A stretch of 64,000 nt of DNA from Muribaculaceae bacterium (GTDB lineage: Bacteria; Bacteroidota; Bacteroidia; Bacteroidales; Muribaculaceae). The stretch spans positions 92,919 to 156,918 of the forward strand of contig JAFLTT010000003.1 of the NCBI GenBank assembly GCA_022509165.1, given 5' to 3'. A program made the position numbers and the translations under genes. Position 1 is the first letter of the stretch. Every line of letters begins with the position of its first letter. The notes beneath the pieces were generated by a model that saw only the letters and a program-made list of their open reading frames with translations, was not told where the DNA came from and did not search any database. Of this stretch, positions 1-8,808 are shown one piece after another.

Positions 1-55
1 ACGTGCAATCCCTGTAGAGGCAGTTGCGATTGAAACTCCTGAATCAACTTCAGTC

Positions 56-988
56 ATGACGGTGAACAAACCGACGAGACCGAATTTCCTTGAAGCCAAC
101 ACAAACGCAATCTCCCTTGAAGAATTGAGGGAGACTTGTGTTGTGCCTACTTGGGCTAATCAGGAATTGACTATCTCACATCAGGACTTTATAAACACGA
201 TTGAATGTGCAGCACAATCTACATTTTATAATGATGAATTCAGTGACACAGATATCCGTGTTTCACATATTGTCAGAGGTAGAGTCCCGTCAGCCATCAA
301 TAAACTTGCGAAAGATTTATTGGAATCGGAGAAAACACAGTTTTATCAGAGGCTCGCCTTTGCTTTCACTATCCCCACTATATGGGATAAGATTGATGGC
401 AAACGAATGGAACTTTGCATAGGAGGTGTACGGAACTATTCTGACTTGAATTTATATAGAGCCAAACGTGGAACGGAGAAGTTCTCAATCTTCATCGGTT
501 GGAGAATGAACATCTGCTCCAATCAGGTCTTATCAGGTAACGGTGTCAAACTCCAGATGGAAATATCCCACATAGACCAGCTTTATAAGGAAGCATGCAA
601 TCTGTTCCAATCGTTTATTCCAGAACAAGATGCATATTTTCTAAATAAACTGACGGAAAGCAGACTGACGGAAACTCAGTTTGCACAGATTGTAGGAAGA
701 ATGAGATTATATCAAGCTCTTCCGAATGATGTGCAGAAGTCCATCCCGAAACTCCTTATAACGGACAGTCAGGTAAATTCTATTTGCAGGGATTATTATA
801 ACTGTCCGAATTTCGGTAAAAGGGATAATTCAATCTCAATGTTTGACTTCCTTAATCTTTTGACAGCCGCCAACAAATCATCTTATATTGACTCCTACAT
901 ACAAAGAGGTGTCAATGCAACGGAGATGACAGTCGGGATTGACAATGCATTATACGGAGATTCCAAATATGCATGGTTCTTAGGCTAA
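56..988 (+). CDS. DUF3871-like CTn protein, possibly 5'-truncated by the window edge
   Basis: 310-aa ORF. The N-terminal 'NFLEANT...ISLEEL...TISHQDFIN' resembles Bacteroidales DUF3871 proteins as I recall them. The frame stays open back to base 2, so the true start may lie upstream. Confidence 0.6.
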   Translation: MTVNKPTRPNFLEANTNAISLEELRETCVVPTWANQELTISHQDFINTIECAAQSTFYNDEFSDTDIRVSHIVRGRVPSAINKLAKDLLESEKTQFYQRLAFAFTIPTIWDKIDGKRMELCIGGVRNYSDLNLYRAKRGTEKFSIFIGWRMNICSNQVLSGNGVKLQMEISHIDQLYKEACNLFQSFIPEQDAYFLNKLTESRLTETQFAQIVGRMRLYQALPNDVQKSIPKLLITDSQVNSICRDYYNCPNFGKRDNSISMFDFLNLLTAANKSSYIDSYIQRGVNATEMTVGIDNALYGDSKYAWFLG

Positions 989-1097
989 CAGCCTTCCTGG
1001 TCTCCGAAAATCGGGCATTTCTCAATAACTGGGGAGTGTCCGATTTTCTTTCCCACTAAACCTATATAATAATGTGTAACATTTAAAAAAATCAGAC

Positions 1098-1547
1098 ATG
1101 ACAGATAATAATTATATATCAGAAATCCAACTCAAATATAAGCCGAAGCCAATCTCTGACTCTATAAAGGGTTCACAAGATATATATAATCTTCTAATTT
1201 CTAAAGTCTATGACGAAGATACCATAGGATATAAAGAAACTTTCAAGATTCTTCTGCTTAACAATGCCAACAAAGTGATTGGATATACTACCATTGCTGA
1301 AGGTGGACTGACATCAACCGTAGTGGATTTGAGAGTGATTCTACAAACGGCTTTGGTAGCTAATGCAACTTCCATAATTGCCACTCATAACCATCCTTCA
1401 GGTGTCAAGGGTCCCAGCATTCAAGATGATATGTTAACGGCCAAAATTAAAGAAGCTTGCAAGGCAGTTGAGTTAAGACTACTTGACCACATTATCGTGA
1501 CTCCAGAAGATGGCTATTATTCTTACTGTGATGATGGTAAATTGTAG
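1098..1547 (+). CDS. radC: RadC-like JAB/MPN domain protein
   Basis: JAMM motif 'ATHNHPSG...S..D' and a C-terminal 'LLDHIIV', typical of RadC/JAB proteins. Confidence 0.85.
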   Translation: MTDNNYISEIQLKYKPKPISDSIKGSQDIYNLLISKVYDEDTIGYKETFKILLLNNANKVIGYTTIAEGGLTSTVVDLRVILQTALVANATSIIATHNHPSGVKGPSIQDDMLTAKIKEACKAVELRLLDHIIVTPEDGYYSYCDDGKL

Positions 1548-1682
1548 ATATTAATCATCATAATAATTGAGGGAGAGTCGGAAGAGAGGCTCTCCCTTGT
1601 ACTTTTTATCAATATAATCTTATTATAAAGGGTATTGTAAAAAAGTACGCTCATTAAAAATTGAGTTATAAACAAATACACT

Positions 1683-2102
1683 ATGAAAGGAACTGAACAA
1701 TTCAAACAAACCATAAAGGCATACCTTGATAAAAGAGCGATTGAAGATGCCCTCTTTGCCAAAAAATATATAGAATCTCCCCGTACGATTGATGATGTTG
1801 TCACTTATATACTGAATCAGGTAAAAGCCAGTGGATGTTGTGGTTTCAGTGATGAAGAAATTTACGGCATGGCTGTGCATGGCATAGACGAACCAGATTT
1901 AGATATCGGCAAACCTATAAACTGTAATGTGGTGGTCAATCATCATGTGGAATTGACAGATGAAGAAAAGACAGAACAAAAGGCAATTGCACTCAAACGA
2001 TTCCAAGATGAAGAATTCAGGAAGCTTGAGCAACGTAACAAGCCGAAGGTAAAACCGCAAATTGAACAACAACCGCAATTATCATTATTTGATGAATTAT
2101 GA
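1683..2102 (+). CDS. PcfK-like protein
   Basis: The N-terminus 'MKGTEQFKQTIKAYLDKRAIEDALFAKKY' matches the PcfK-like family common in Bacteroidales CTns. An ATGA stop/start overlap links it to the next gene. Confidence 0.7.
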   Translation: MKGTEQFKQTIKAYLDKRAIEDALFAKKYIESPRTIDDVVTYILNQVKASGCCGFSDEEIYGMAVHGIDEPDLDIGKPINCNVVVNHHVELTDEEKTEQKAIALKRFQDEEFRKLEQRNKPKVKPQIEQQPQLSLFDEL

Positions 2103-3391
2103 AACCAAGAAACAGATACGAAAAACGGATAATCTCTTTGAGCAAAACCTTATCTCCTCTCTCCAAAGCTCAAAGGGAGAAAGCCATTATTAATACTTTA
2201 CCGCATATAGCAAAACGAACAAGCAGAGGGATATTCTTTTGTCTTGAGTGCGGTCATGAATGGAAGAACAATAACAAGGAAATTCCTGATAAAGTGAAGT
2301 GTCCTCATTGTGGAATGGAACTTACTATGGATAGGAGTCGTAAGCGTTCATTCTATTATAAGGATTATTTCAATATTATAACAGTTAAAGCGGGCATACA
2401 AGTAGTAAGAACCTTTTATATTGAATCAAGATTGAGGAAAGGCAGACAGGCACAATACTTTATTTCGGAAGTCTTTCAGAAATGGATAGATCCCAAAGGT
2501 AAGACTGCTCTTATAAGTAAAAGACGGTGCATGTCTTATTATATAGACCAATGGATATTCAGTGATAAATTGGAAATCCGAAGGGAACATATAGCACATT
2601 CTCTAATTCCTGAATATGTTTATCCAAGAATAAAAGTTATCCCTGAAATAAAGAGAAACGGATTCAAAGGAGAGTTTCACAATATCAATCCAAGTCTTCT
2701 TTTTAAAGATGTTTTGACTGATAACAGATGTGAGACACTTCTTAAAACTGGATATGGGAATTTACTGAAATATATCCTTCAGAATAACAAAAGAGGTTTT
2801 GACAGATATTGGAACTCCATAAAAATATGCATTAGAAATGGCTACAAGATTGAAGACCCTTCAATGTGGTGGGATATGGTGATAGCACTTGATTATCTTG
2901 GAAAAGACCTTCATAATCCGAAATATGTTTGTCCAGCAGACCTTAAAGTTGAACATGACAGATGGATCCTCAAGAAAGAGGAAAGGCAGGAACAGGAAAG
3001 ATTGAAAAGAATAAGAGAAAGATATCTGGCAGACTTGGAACAGCAGAAGATCGATGAAAAGGCTTACAGGAAAACCAAGAAAAGATTCTTTGACATTGTA
3101 ATCAGTGACGGAGAAATATCTATCCATGTTCTTAAGAAAGTAAAGGATTTCTATGAAGTAGGTGCCAAGTTGAATCATTGTGTTGGAACCAACCATTATT
3201 ACAATAAACCTAAATCCCTAATACTTTCGGCTGAAATTGATAAAAAGCCTGTGGAGACAATCGAGGTTTCTCTGGATAATCTTGAAATCATGCAATGCCG
3301 TGGAAAACATAATCAAAACACGACTTATCATGATAGGATTGTAAATCTTATGAAAGCCAATATGTCCCAGATTGCTAAAAGGATTTCCTGA
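2099..3391 (+). CDS. PcfJ-like protein
   Basis: 430 aa with an N-terminal CxxC...CxxC zinc ribbon (CLECGHEW...CPHCG). It is translationally coupled to the PcfK-like gene, which is the canonical pcfK-pcfJ pairing. Confidence 0.7.
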   Translation: MKPRNRYEKRIISLSKTLSPLSKAQREKAIINTLPHIAKRTSRGIFFCLECGHEWKNNNKEIPDKVKCPHCGMELTMDRSRKRSFYYKDYFNIITVKAGIQVVRTFYIESRLRKGRQAQYFISEVFQKWIDPKGKTALISKRRCMSYYIDQWIFSDKLEIRREHIAHSLIPEYVYPRIKVIPEIKRNGFKGEFHNINPSLLFKDVLTDNRCETLLKTGYGNLLKYILQNNKRGFDRYWNSIKICIRNGYKIEDPSMWWDMVIALDYLGKDLHNPKYVCPADLKVEHDRWILKKEERQEQERLKRIRERYLADLEQQKIDEKAYRKTKKRFFDIVISDGEISIHVLKKVKDFYEVGAKLNHCVGTNHYYNKPKSLILSAEIDKKPVETIEVSLDNLEIMQCRGKHNQNTTYHDRIVNLMKANMSQIAKRIS

Positions 3392-3419
3392 AATTATAAT
3401 TGTAATGAAAAAATCTTGA

Positions 3420-3472
3420 CGTACATTTTTAAAATAATACTATTAATAAAAATAACCTATTAAAAATGTACG
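3420..3472. repeat. Junction inverted repeat A (CGTACATTTTT / AAAAATGTACG, 31-nt AT-rich centre)
   Basis: 11-bp perfect arms at 3420-3430 and 3462-3472. It starts 28 nt after the pcfJ stop. Confidence 0.85.
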
Positions 3473-3518
3473 CCAAGTAATTGTTTGATAGAAATGATAT
3501 AAATTAAACGCTTTTGAT

Positions 3519-3526
3519 TATATTTG
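3519..3526 (+). promoter_or_regulatory. Bacteroides-type -7 box (TATATTTG)
   Basis: It matches TAnnTTTG, but no well-spaced -33 TTTG was found. Confidence 0.35.
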
Positions 3527-3578
3527 CAACAGATTTCCTAATGGAAGTCATTACATACAAGAGCGTTATTGAACTCTT

Positions 3579-3749
3579 CCTTACAATCAAATTCTCGCAA
3601 AATTTGAATTCCGAATGGGAAGGGAGGCAACAACGCTCACGCTTAGGTTATATTCGTCTATGATAAGACTCTTATTTCCTATAAGGCGTGAGCACTGTTG
3701 CTTATCCATTCGGTAGGCAATGCGAGAAGCCTGATTGTAGGATAAGCAA
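3579..3749 (+). other. Large nested hairpin: a structured leader, ncRNA or ssDNA element
   Basis: Nested complementary pairs: 3579-3589/3732-3741, 3592-3599/3721-3728, 3611-3618/3706-3713, 3627-3632/3696-3701 and 3635-3642/3686-3693. An alternative pairing is 3698-3707/3740-3749. Confidence 0.55.
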
Positions 3750-3821
3750 AATACAGTCCTCACGTTTCTTGTTTTGTATAATCATAAATGTTTCGACGGA
3801 GGATGAGAAACACAGATTATT

Positions 3822-4214
3822 ATGAAAAAATTTAAAATTCTCTTTCTCTTTTTGAGTCTCAGTATGGGTTTCTTGGGTCTAAAGGCTCAATACAACGTTT
3901 TTACTCCTTATGAGGATCCACGTTCTGCACAGTCAGCACCGATACAACAAACTTATGGATACATAAAGTCTTCATCAGGTTGGGTAAGAGTTAATATCCA
4001 AGTCCGAGTATCTGAATACTCTGTAACAGTAGTTGCCTATAAACAAAAAAATAATTCAGGTTATGACCAGTACTATAACACTTATGGAGGAAATAACTGG
4101 ATTAAATGTAATGCTTCAGCACAAGAAGTGACCTCTTTTGAAGATGGACGAGTGGCTGCCAATAATTTTGATTATAAAGCCTATGTGACAGGCTTAGGAA
4201 CTATTTATTTTTAA
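3822..4214 (+). CDS. Small secreted protein (signal peptide), unknown function
   Basis: The hydrophobic N-terminus ends '...LKAQYN'. It is first in a tightly packed three-gene block. Confidence 0.65.
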   Translation: MKKFKILFLFLSLSMGFLGLKAQYNVFTPYEDPRSAQSAPIQQTYGYIKSSSGWVRVNIQVRVSEYSVTVVAYKQKNNSGYDQYYNTYGGNNWIKCNASAQEVTSFEDGRVAANNFDYKAYVTGLGTIYF

Positions 4215-4217
4215 ATC

Positions 4218-4610
4218 ATGAAAAAGATAATAATCTTTTTATTGCCACTGTTATTTAGTTTACAAATTAAAGCTGATGATACTGAGCAGACTAAAGAATT
4301 AGGCCAGATTATAATCCATTTATTGGTGCAAGAGACTGGAGGTTATTCCTTGGAATATAATATTAATGAAGCAAGATTCTATGCAGATATTAAAGTTCCT
4401 TCAATCTATGATAATGAAAAAATTATTCTTAAACTAAATCCATTGTTTAAGAAAGCTGATTTTACAACATTATTGCCATGGGGTATTCAAAATGATGGAT
4501 TTCTCAGAACGATGCAAGCAATTGAGGGCATTCCGATACTTTTTAATTATGATGAGAAGAATCATATTCTTTCATTTGTAATTTTACGTGAAAATACTAT
4601 CAATAAATAA
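4218..4610 (+). CDS. Small secreted protein (signal peptide), unknown function
   Basis: Signal-like N-terminus MKKIIIFLLPLLFSLQIKA. There is a 3-nt gap to the previous gene. Confidence 0.6.
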   Translation: MKKIIIFLLPLLFSLQIKADDTEQTKELGQIIIHLLVQETGGYSLEYNINEARFYADIKVPSIYDNEKIILKLNPLFKKADFTTLLPWGIQNDGFLRTMQAIEGIPILFNYDEKNHILSFVILRENTINK

Positions 4611-4613
4611 AAT

Positions 4614-4937
4614 ATGAAAAGACTAAAAATAATTTTGATTATAATATCGATAATCTCAATACCAGTTATAGTACCTGCTGTTACAATACCAGTACAAGCT
4701 CAATATAATTCTGTAAATACTTGGGAATATATAGGCGATGTAATAGCCACAGATTTAAGTGGAGTATTTACTCGTTCTGGGCAGCTTTATGTTAAAGTCA
4801 TAGGAGGTAGGTTTATTTATAAATTTATTTATAATGATGAAGAATTCTCAGTAACTAAATGTACGGAATATAAAGGTTATAATGCAAAAATAACAAGAGG
4901 TAAAAGTTTTTGGTTGTTGAACGTACCAGAATGGTAG
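4614..4937 (+). CDS. Small secreted or membrane-anchored protein, distant paralog of 3822-4214
   Basis: The hydrophobic N-terminus ends '...VQAQYN', the same AQYN junction as the first gene. Confidence 0.55.
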   Translation: MKRLKIILIIISIISIPVIVPAVTIPVQAQYNSVNTWEYIGDVIATDLSGVFTRSGQLYVKVIGGRFIYKFIYNDEEFSVTKCTEYKGYNAKITRGKSFWLLNVPEW

Positions 4938-5026
4938 TGAAAAATATTTATTCTTAGAGATAGGTTTATACTTTTACAAATATAGTCTTTTTAATATGTT
5001 TTAGGATATATGTAAGACTAATATTA

Positions 5027-5146
5027 CGTACATTTTCTTATAATTATATTTAAATATAGACTTGTTGGAAAATGTACGTTTGAAAATAACCTATCCTTTA
5101 CAAGCTTCGATAATTCATTGACGGTATAAATTATAAAGTGTAAATT
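5027..5146. repeat. Junction inverted repeat B plus conserved ~68-bp downstream module
   Basis: Arms lie at 5027-5036 and 5069-5078. The 5069-5146 stretch is nearly identical to 7226-7302. Confidence 0.85.
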
Positions 5147-5179
5147 TTTTCTCTTTTAATTTGATAACATTATTTAAAT

Positions 5180-5320
5180 ATGGTAACATTAATTATATTA
5201 TTAGCATTATTATGTTTATCTTCAATTTTACTACCCTGTTTAACTTTTTTGTTGTTAGTATATAAGGGAGATAAAGAATTAAAAAAAGAAAAAAGATTTA
5301 AAAACTTTGTCTATTATTAG
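5180..5320 (+). CDS. Possible 46-aa single-TM peptide
   Basis: Manual translation gives MVTLIILLALLCLSSILLPCLTFLLLVYKGDKELKKEKRFKNFVYY*. The stop lies 2 nt before the next ATG. It sits in an AT-rich region, so it could be fortuitous. Confidence 0.3.
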   Translation: MVTLIILLALLCLSSILLPCLTFLLLVYKGDKELKKEKRFKNFVYY

Positions 5321-5322
5321 AA

Positions 5323-6273
5323 ATGAATAAATCTTTTTTGAATAATAAAATCACCATGAAAGAAGATTTAGAATCAAGAATAGAAAAACTCAAGCAAAGA
5401 AGATACCGCTATCAAAATAGTGAGGGGAAATGGGGATATACAGATGTGTTTGGTAAAGTAGTAGAAACAGCTCATTTGGATTCTTTTCCAGATAATTCTT
5501 ACGATATTAAAGGTGCCAGAGAATTGGATACAAAACCTCCTTTAACTTATAGGGAATTAATTAACCAATATACTGAATATCCTTTGGGAAATAAAAAAGA
5601 AATTGAAGACTGGTTTGAATTAACAGATTGTGTTGAAAGATATTTTCCTAATGAGGAATCTGTGTCGCCTGAAAAAGTGGTTTCATTTGATAGTAAATAT
5701 GATGTTGTAAGAATAGACTATGGGAAGGTTGATATTGTAGATTCTGGATTCATAGGTTATGGTATCAAGGAAAAGAACAATTTAATAGCAGATTGTGAAT
5801 TTACTAACATTTACCCTTTTTCAGAAGGTTTAGCCCGAGTTGCTAAAACAGATCTTTTCGATAGACCATATTCTCCATTGTTCCGTAATTTAGAAAAACA
5901 AGATATTGAAAGGAATTTAGACACAAATAATAAGTTAATTTATGATAAAATCCTGAAAGAAAATGGAGAATTATATTGGGGATTTATCAACGAGAAGGGA
6001 GAGAAACAAATCCCTTTAAAATATTTTAATGCTTCAGATTTTCATGAGGAACTTGCAGCCGTTAATCGAAGCTGGGATAATGAAGAATGGGGTTATATAG
6101 ATAAACAGGATAATATTGTTATCCCTTTTAAATTTGATTGGGCTGGAGATTTTCAAGATGGTTTTGCAAGGGTTCTTTATGCAGGTCTCTATTATGTTAT
6201 TGACAAAGAAGGATTCTGTTACGAATCCTTTGATGAAATCGAAATGGGACAAGGAAGTAAATTCTATTTATAA
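5323..6273 (+). CDS. WG-repeat (KWG-type) protein
   Basis: Repeated 'KWGYTDVFGKVV', 'YWGFINEKGEKQIPLKY' and 'EWGYIDKQDNIVIPFKFDWAGDFQDGFARV' motifs. Confidence 0.75.
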   Translation: MNKSFLNNKITMKEDLESRIEKLKQRRYRYQNSEGKWGYTDVFGKVVETAHLDSFPDNSYDIKGARELDTKPPLTYRELINQYTEYPLGNKKEIEDWFELTDCVERYFPNEESVSPEKVVSFDSKYDVVRIDYGKVDIVDSGFIGYGIKEKNNLIADCEFTNIYPFSEGLARVAKTDLFDRPYSPLFRNLEKQDIERNLDTNNKLIYDKILKENGELYWGFINEKGEKQIPLKYFNASDFHEELAAVNRSWDNEEWGYIDKQDNIVIPFKFDWAGDFQDGFARVLYAGLYYVIDKEGFCYESFDEIEMGQGSKFYL

Positions 6274-6288
6274 AACCATACAACATCT

Positions 6289-6534
6289 ATGATAAACTGG
6301 CTTTATTATAAAGAAAAATTAAGACAAAAATGGATAAAATCTAAAGTAAGTAAGGTCTATTGGAATACTGTGCTTACTTTAGGCTGGGGACTCAAGATAA
6401 TACCAACTTCATATTGCATTAAGTGTCAAGACAACATAGGAAATTATTTATCTAATCTTACTTTTGTTGATAGATATACTAAATTTGATGACATTATGAT
6501 GCGATGGTACTCATTCAATTTTCATAAAATATAA
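6289..6534 (+). CDS. Hypothetical 81-aa protein
   Basis: ORF only, co-oriented and 15 nt after the previous stop. Confidence 0.35.
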   Translation: MINWLYYKEKLRQKWIKSKVSKVYWNTVLTLGWGLKIIPTSYCIKCQDNIGNYLSNLTFVDRYTKFDDIMMRWYSFNFHKI

Positions 6535-6584
6535 ATATGTTTTAAGTGCAAGATGTTTGTCTACTTTAATACAAATATTTTGAA

Positions 6585-7133
6585 ATGATATTAATAAAGA
6601 ATAAACGTTGTTCTCAGGAGAAGCTTCTAAATGAATATCCTGATGCTATTATAATTGACGTGACGAGTAAGGGAGAAGGTGAATGGCAGAAACTTTCTCC
6701 CTTCTATCCTCATGGTGGAATTCCTGTTCCGTTCAGTGATGAAGCAACTTCAATGAGTGTGGAAGGCATTTGGCAAGGTCTGAAAGTTTTTGAATCTACT
6801 GACATAGATAGAAACTCTTTTCGTAACGGAACAATGAAAGGAATTAAGCGTACCGTGAGAACTAATGGAAAATGTTTAGGACATAGAAAAGGAATAAACG
6901 GTAAAGAACTGTTAGGATATATTGAAGCCCGAAAAGAGATATATGTTCCGTCTTATAATTGGATATTGGAGAATAAATGTCAGGAACAAATCAAGAAAAT
7001 TAGAATAATGTCACGGTCAAAACCAATAATTCTTTTGGATTATGACACTAATGATGATGTAGAGAATCCGACCAAGCCATTATCCCATGCTTCTCTGATA
7101 AAGAAGTTTGTAGATAACCTTAAAAATGAATAA
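6585..7133 (+). CDS. Hypothetical protein with tentative NADAR-like motif spacing
   Basis: 'LSPFYPHGGIPVPF...SVEGIWQGLKVF' loosely parallels the NADAR/YbiA pattern 'LSNFYP...F.S.EH.FQ..KF'. This is by-eye similarity only. Confidence 0.3.
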   Translation: MILIKNKRCSQEKLLNEYPDAIIIDVTSKGEGEWQKLSPFYPHGGIPVPFSDEATSMSVEGIWQGLKVFESTDIDRNSFRNGTMKGIKRTVRTNGKCLGHRKGINGKELLGYIEARKEIYVPSYNWILENKCQEQIKKIRIMSRSKPIILLDYDTNDDVENPTKPLSHASLIKKFVDNLKNE

Positions 7134-7182
7134 TTAGTTTGAAAATGGTTTGAACCAAGAATCAGTTGCCTATTGGACGAAG

Positions 7183-7302
7183 CGTACATTTTACAAAGAT
7201 ATTATAAATAATAAATAATTGGAATAAAATGTACGTTTGAAAATAACCTATCCTTTACAAACTTCGACAATTCATTGACGGTATAAATTATAAGTGTAAA
7301 TT
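7183..7302. repeat. Junction inverted repeat C plus conserved downstream module
   Basis: Arms lie at 7183-7192 and 7226-7235. The 7226-7302 stretch matches 5069-5146 with 2 substitutions and a 1-nt indel. Confidence 0.85.
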
Positions 7303-7309
7303 AGTATTC

Positions 7310-8185
7310 ATGAAAGAAAAGCCGATTCAAGAAACAACTTCCACTTACTTCAACAATATTTTGATGAAAGCAATTGCTCCTAAATCAATTGAGGAGATTG
7401 ACCCTCAAATGATAAAGGATTTCAATAATGCAATTGATGATGCCTTTACAGATGATTCGGAAACAGTTAGAATAAGGTTGAAATATCTGATCCCATATAT
7501 TATCCAGAATATTGACTGGGTGGAATATGGAATTCCTCTTGAAGCATGGCAACTGAAATATTATTACCAAAGGGATAGGTTTTTGAAAATGACCCATCTT
7601 TCCTATGATGAATTCATGGATCATGAACTGCTTCAACAATCAATAGATGAACTTGGACTTGATCCCGCACCAGTCTTTGAATTCATTCTCTTCCTTTCCT
7701 ATTATTATGGATTGAGAGCAGATCTGAAATACTCATCTTACGAGCAACTTTCTAAATTGAAACAGGCATTAGAAGGTAATAATGGTGAAGTTTCTATGGA
7801 TGTTGTAGTAAACGGAAAACACTTCAAATTCAGTAACTCTAATTTTATCAAGACCTTGTTTTCAAACATTGATTCAGATAAATTGAATTACGGAGCATTC
7901 AGCAATAACTTTGAGGAAGGGAGTTCAAGAGAGAAAATAAGGGCATTGGATTATTATCTGATCAAAACATTGCTTGATTTTCTCCCTATCAAGAGCGAAA
8001 GGAAGAAAGGGAAATACACCCAGTCTGAAAGAAATTTCTCTTTATGTGTATTGAACTACTGTGGAAGATTGCAAGGAGATGAACCTGAAATAATCTGTTC
8101 CCAGTTCAACAATGCCACATTCGACAAACTCATGAGAGATTTTAAGGAAATAGACATTCCTTTTGCAATGGAGTTATTTCTTTAA
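7310..8185 (+). CDS. Hypothetical 291-aa protein
   Basis: Long ORF with protein-like composition. No motif recognised. Confidence 0.55.
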   Translation: MKEKPIQETTSTYFNNILMKAIAPKSIEEIDPQMIKDFNNAIDDAFTDDSETVRIRLKYLIPYIIQNIDWVEYGIPLEAWQLKYYYQRDRFLKMTHLSYDEFMDHELLQQSIDELGLDPAPVFEFILFLSYYYGLRADLKYSSYEQLSKLKQALEGNNGEVSMDVVVNGKHFKFSNSNFIKTLFSNIDSDKLNYGAFSNNFEEGSSREKIRALDYYLIKTLLDFLPIKSERKKGKYTQSERNFSLCVLNYCGRLQGDEPEIICSQFNNATFDKLMRDFKEIDIPFAMELFL

Positions 8186-8204
8186 AATTCAACAATTTAT
8201 AAAT

Positions 8205-8232
8205 GCGTAAATTTTTCTAAAAATTTTTACGC
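8205..8232. repeat. Compact variant of the junction hairpin (GCGTAAATTTTT-CT-AAAAATTTTTACGC)
   Basis: GCGTAAA/TTTACGC arms lie 19 nt after the stop at 8185. The arm sequence is related to GCGTACATTTT. Confidence 0.6.
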
Positions 8233-8244
8233 TGTTTTATGCTT

Positions 8245-8285
8245 GTGATACTTTATAATTTTGTACCGTCAAAAAGAAGTATCAC
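8245..8285 (+). promoter_or_regulatory. Hairpin (GTGATACTT/AAGTATCAC) enclosing a -7 box TAATTTTG and an inverted TTGACGGTA-type motif
   Basis: 9-bp arms at 8245-8253 and 8277-8285. The -7 match lies at 8256-8263, 38 nt upstream of the ATG at 8301. 8254-8272 is the reverse complement of the motif at 5118-5136. Confidence 0.45.
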
Positions 8286-8300
8286 TTAATTTTTTGTTAT

Positions 8301-8726
8301 ATGTCAGATTTTATTAACAACTTCAAAGCAGTTCATCACTTCATCAAGGGCATCTTCGCCAACTCCAAAGGAGAATATACCCTCACGTTCGTTCAGGATC
8401 CAGATGACAAATGGTACATTGATATGCCATGGTCGGGCAATCGAGCCAATCTTGAAATGGTGGCAGGAGCTGATGACCTCCTTACTTATCTCGATGAGGA
8501 GGGAAATCACAAGGTGACTATACATGTGGTTCCTTCTGAGACTCCTCTTGAAGTGGAAGATCATACAGAGCTCCGTCAGTTGGATAAATCAACTTTCGGT
8601 GGAAGTCATTATGACGCTACAGATTTTGAGGGATTCCGAATGAGTAAGATTTGGATATGTCCCGTTACCCTCTGTGTGTTGGGTTGTTATCCGAAATATC
8701 TTTACATTAAGAAAGTAGCCGCTTAA
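8301..8726 (+). CDS. Hypothetical 141-aa protein
   Basis: ORF with natural-looking composition. No motif recognised with certainty. Confidence 0.55.
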   Translation: MSDFINNFKAVHHFIKGIFANSKGEYTLTFVQDPDDKWYIDMPWSGNRANLEMVAGADDLLTYLDEEGNHKVTIHVVPSETPLEVEDHTELRQLDKSTFGGSHYDATDFEGFRMSKIWICPVTLCVLGCYPKYLYIKKVAA

Positions 8727-8736
8727 AAATCACTTA

Positions 8737-8760
8737 GGGGAGAATATTAAAGTTCTCCCC
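8737..8760 (+). terminator. GC-rich hairpin (GGGGAGAA-N8-TTCTCCCC)
   Basis: 8-bp perfect stem 10 nt after the stop at 8726. There is no clear U-tract. Confidence 0.4.
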
Positions 8761-8808
8761 TCCAAAAACAAACTATAGAAAAATTATAAATGTCAAAAAG
8801 AAAATATT

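Noticed and set aside
1523-1880. I examined two overlapping minus-strand ORFs between radC and pcfK.
   Set aside because: They overlap the well-supported PcfK-like gene start and the radC end. Their AT-rich codon composition gives Ile/Phe/Leu/Ser-rich pseudo-proteins.
3579-3749. I considered whether the long hairpin is a retron msr/msd.
   Set aside because: There is no reverse transcriptase gene nearby, and the flanking a1/a2-type repeats and conserved branching G context cannot be identified.
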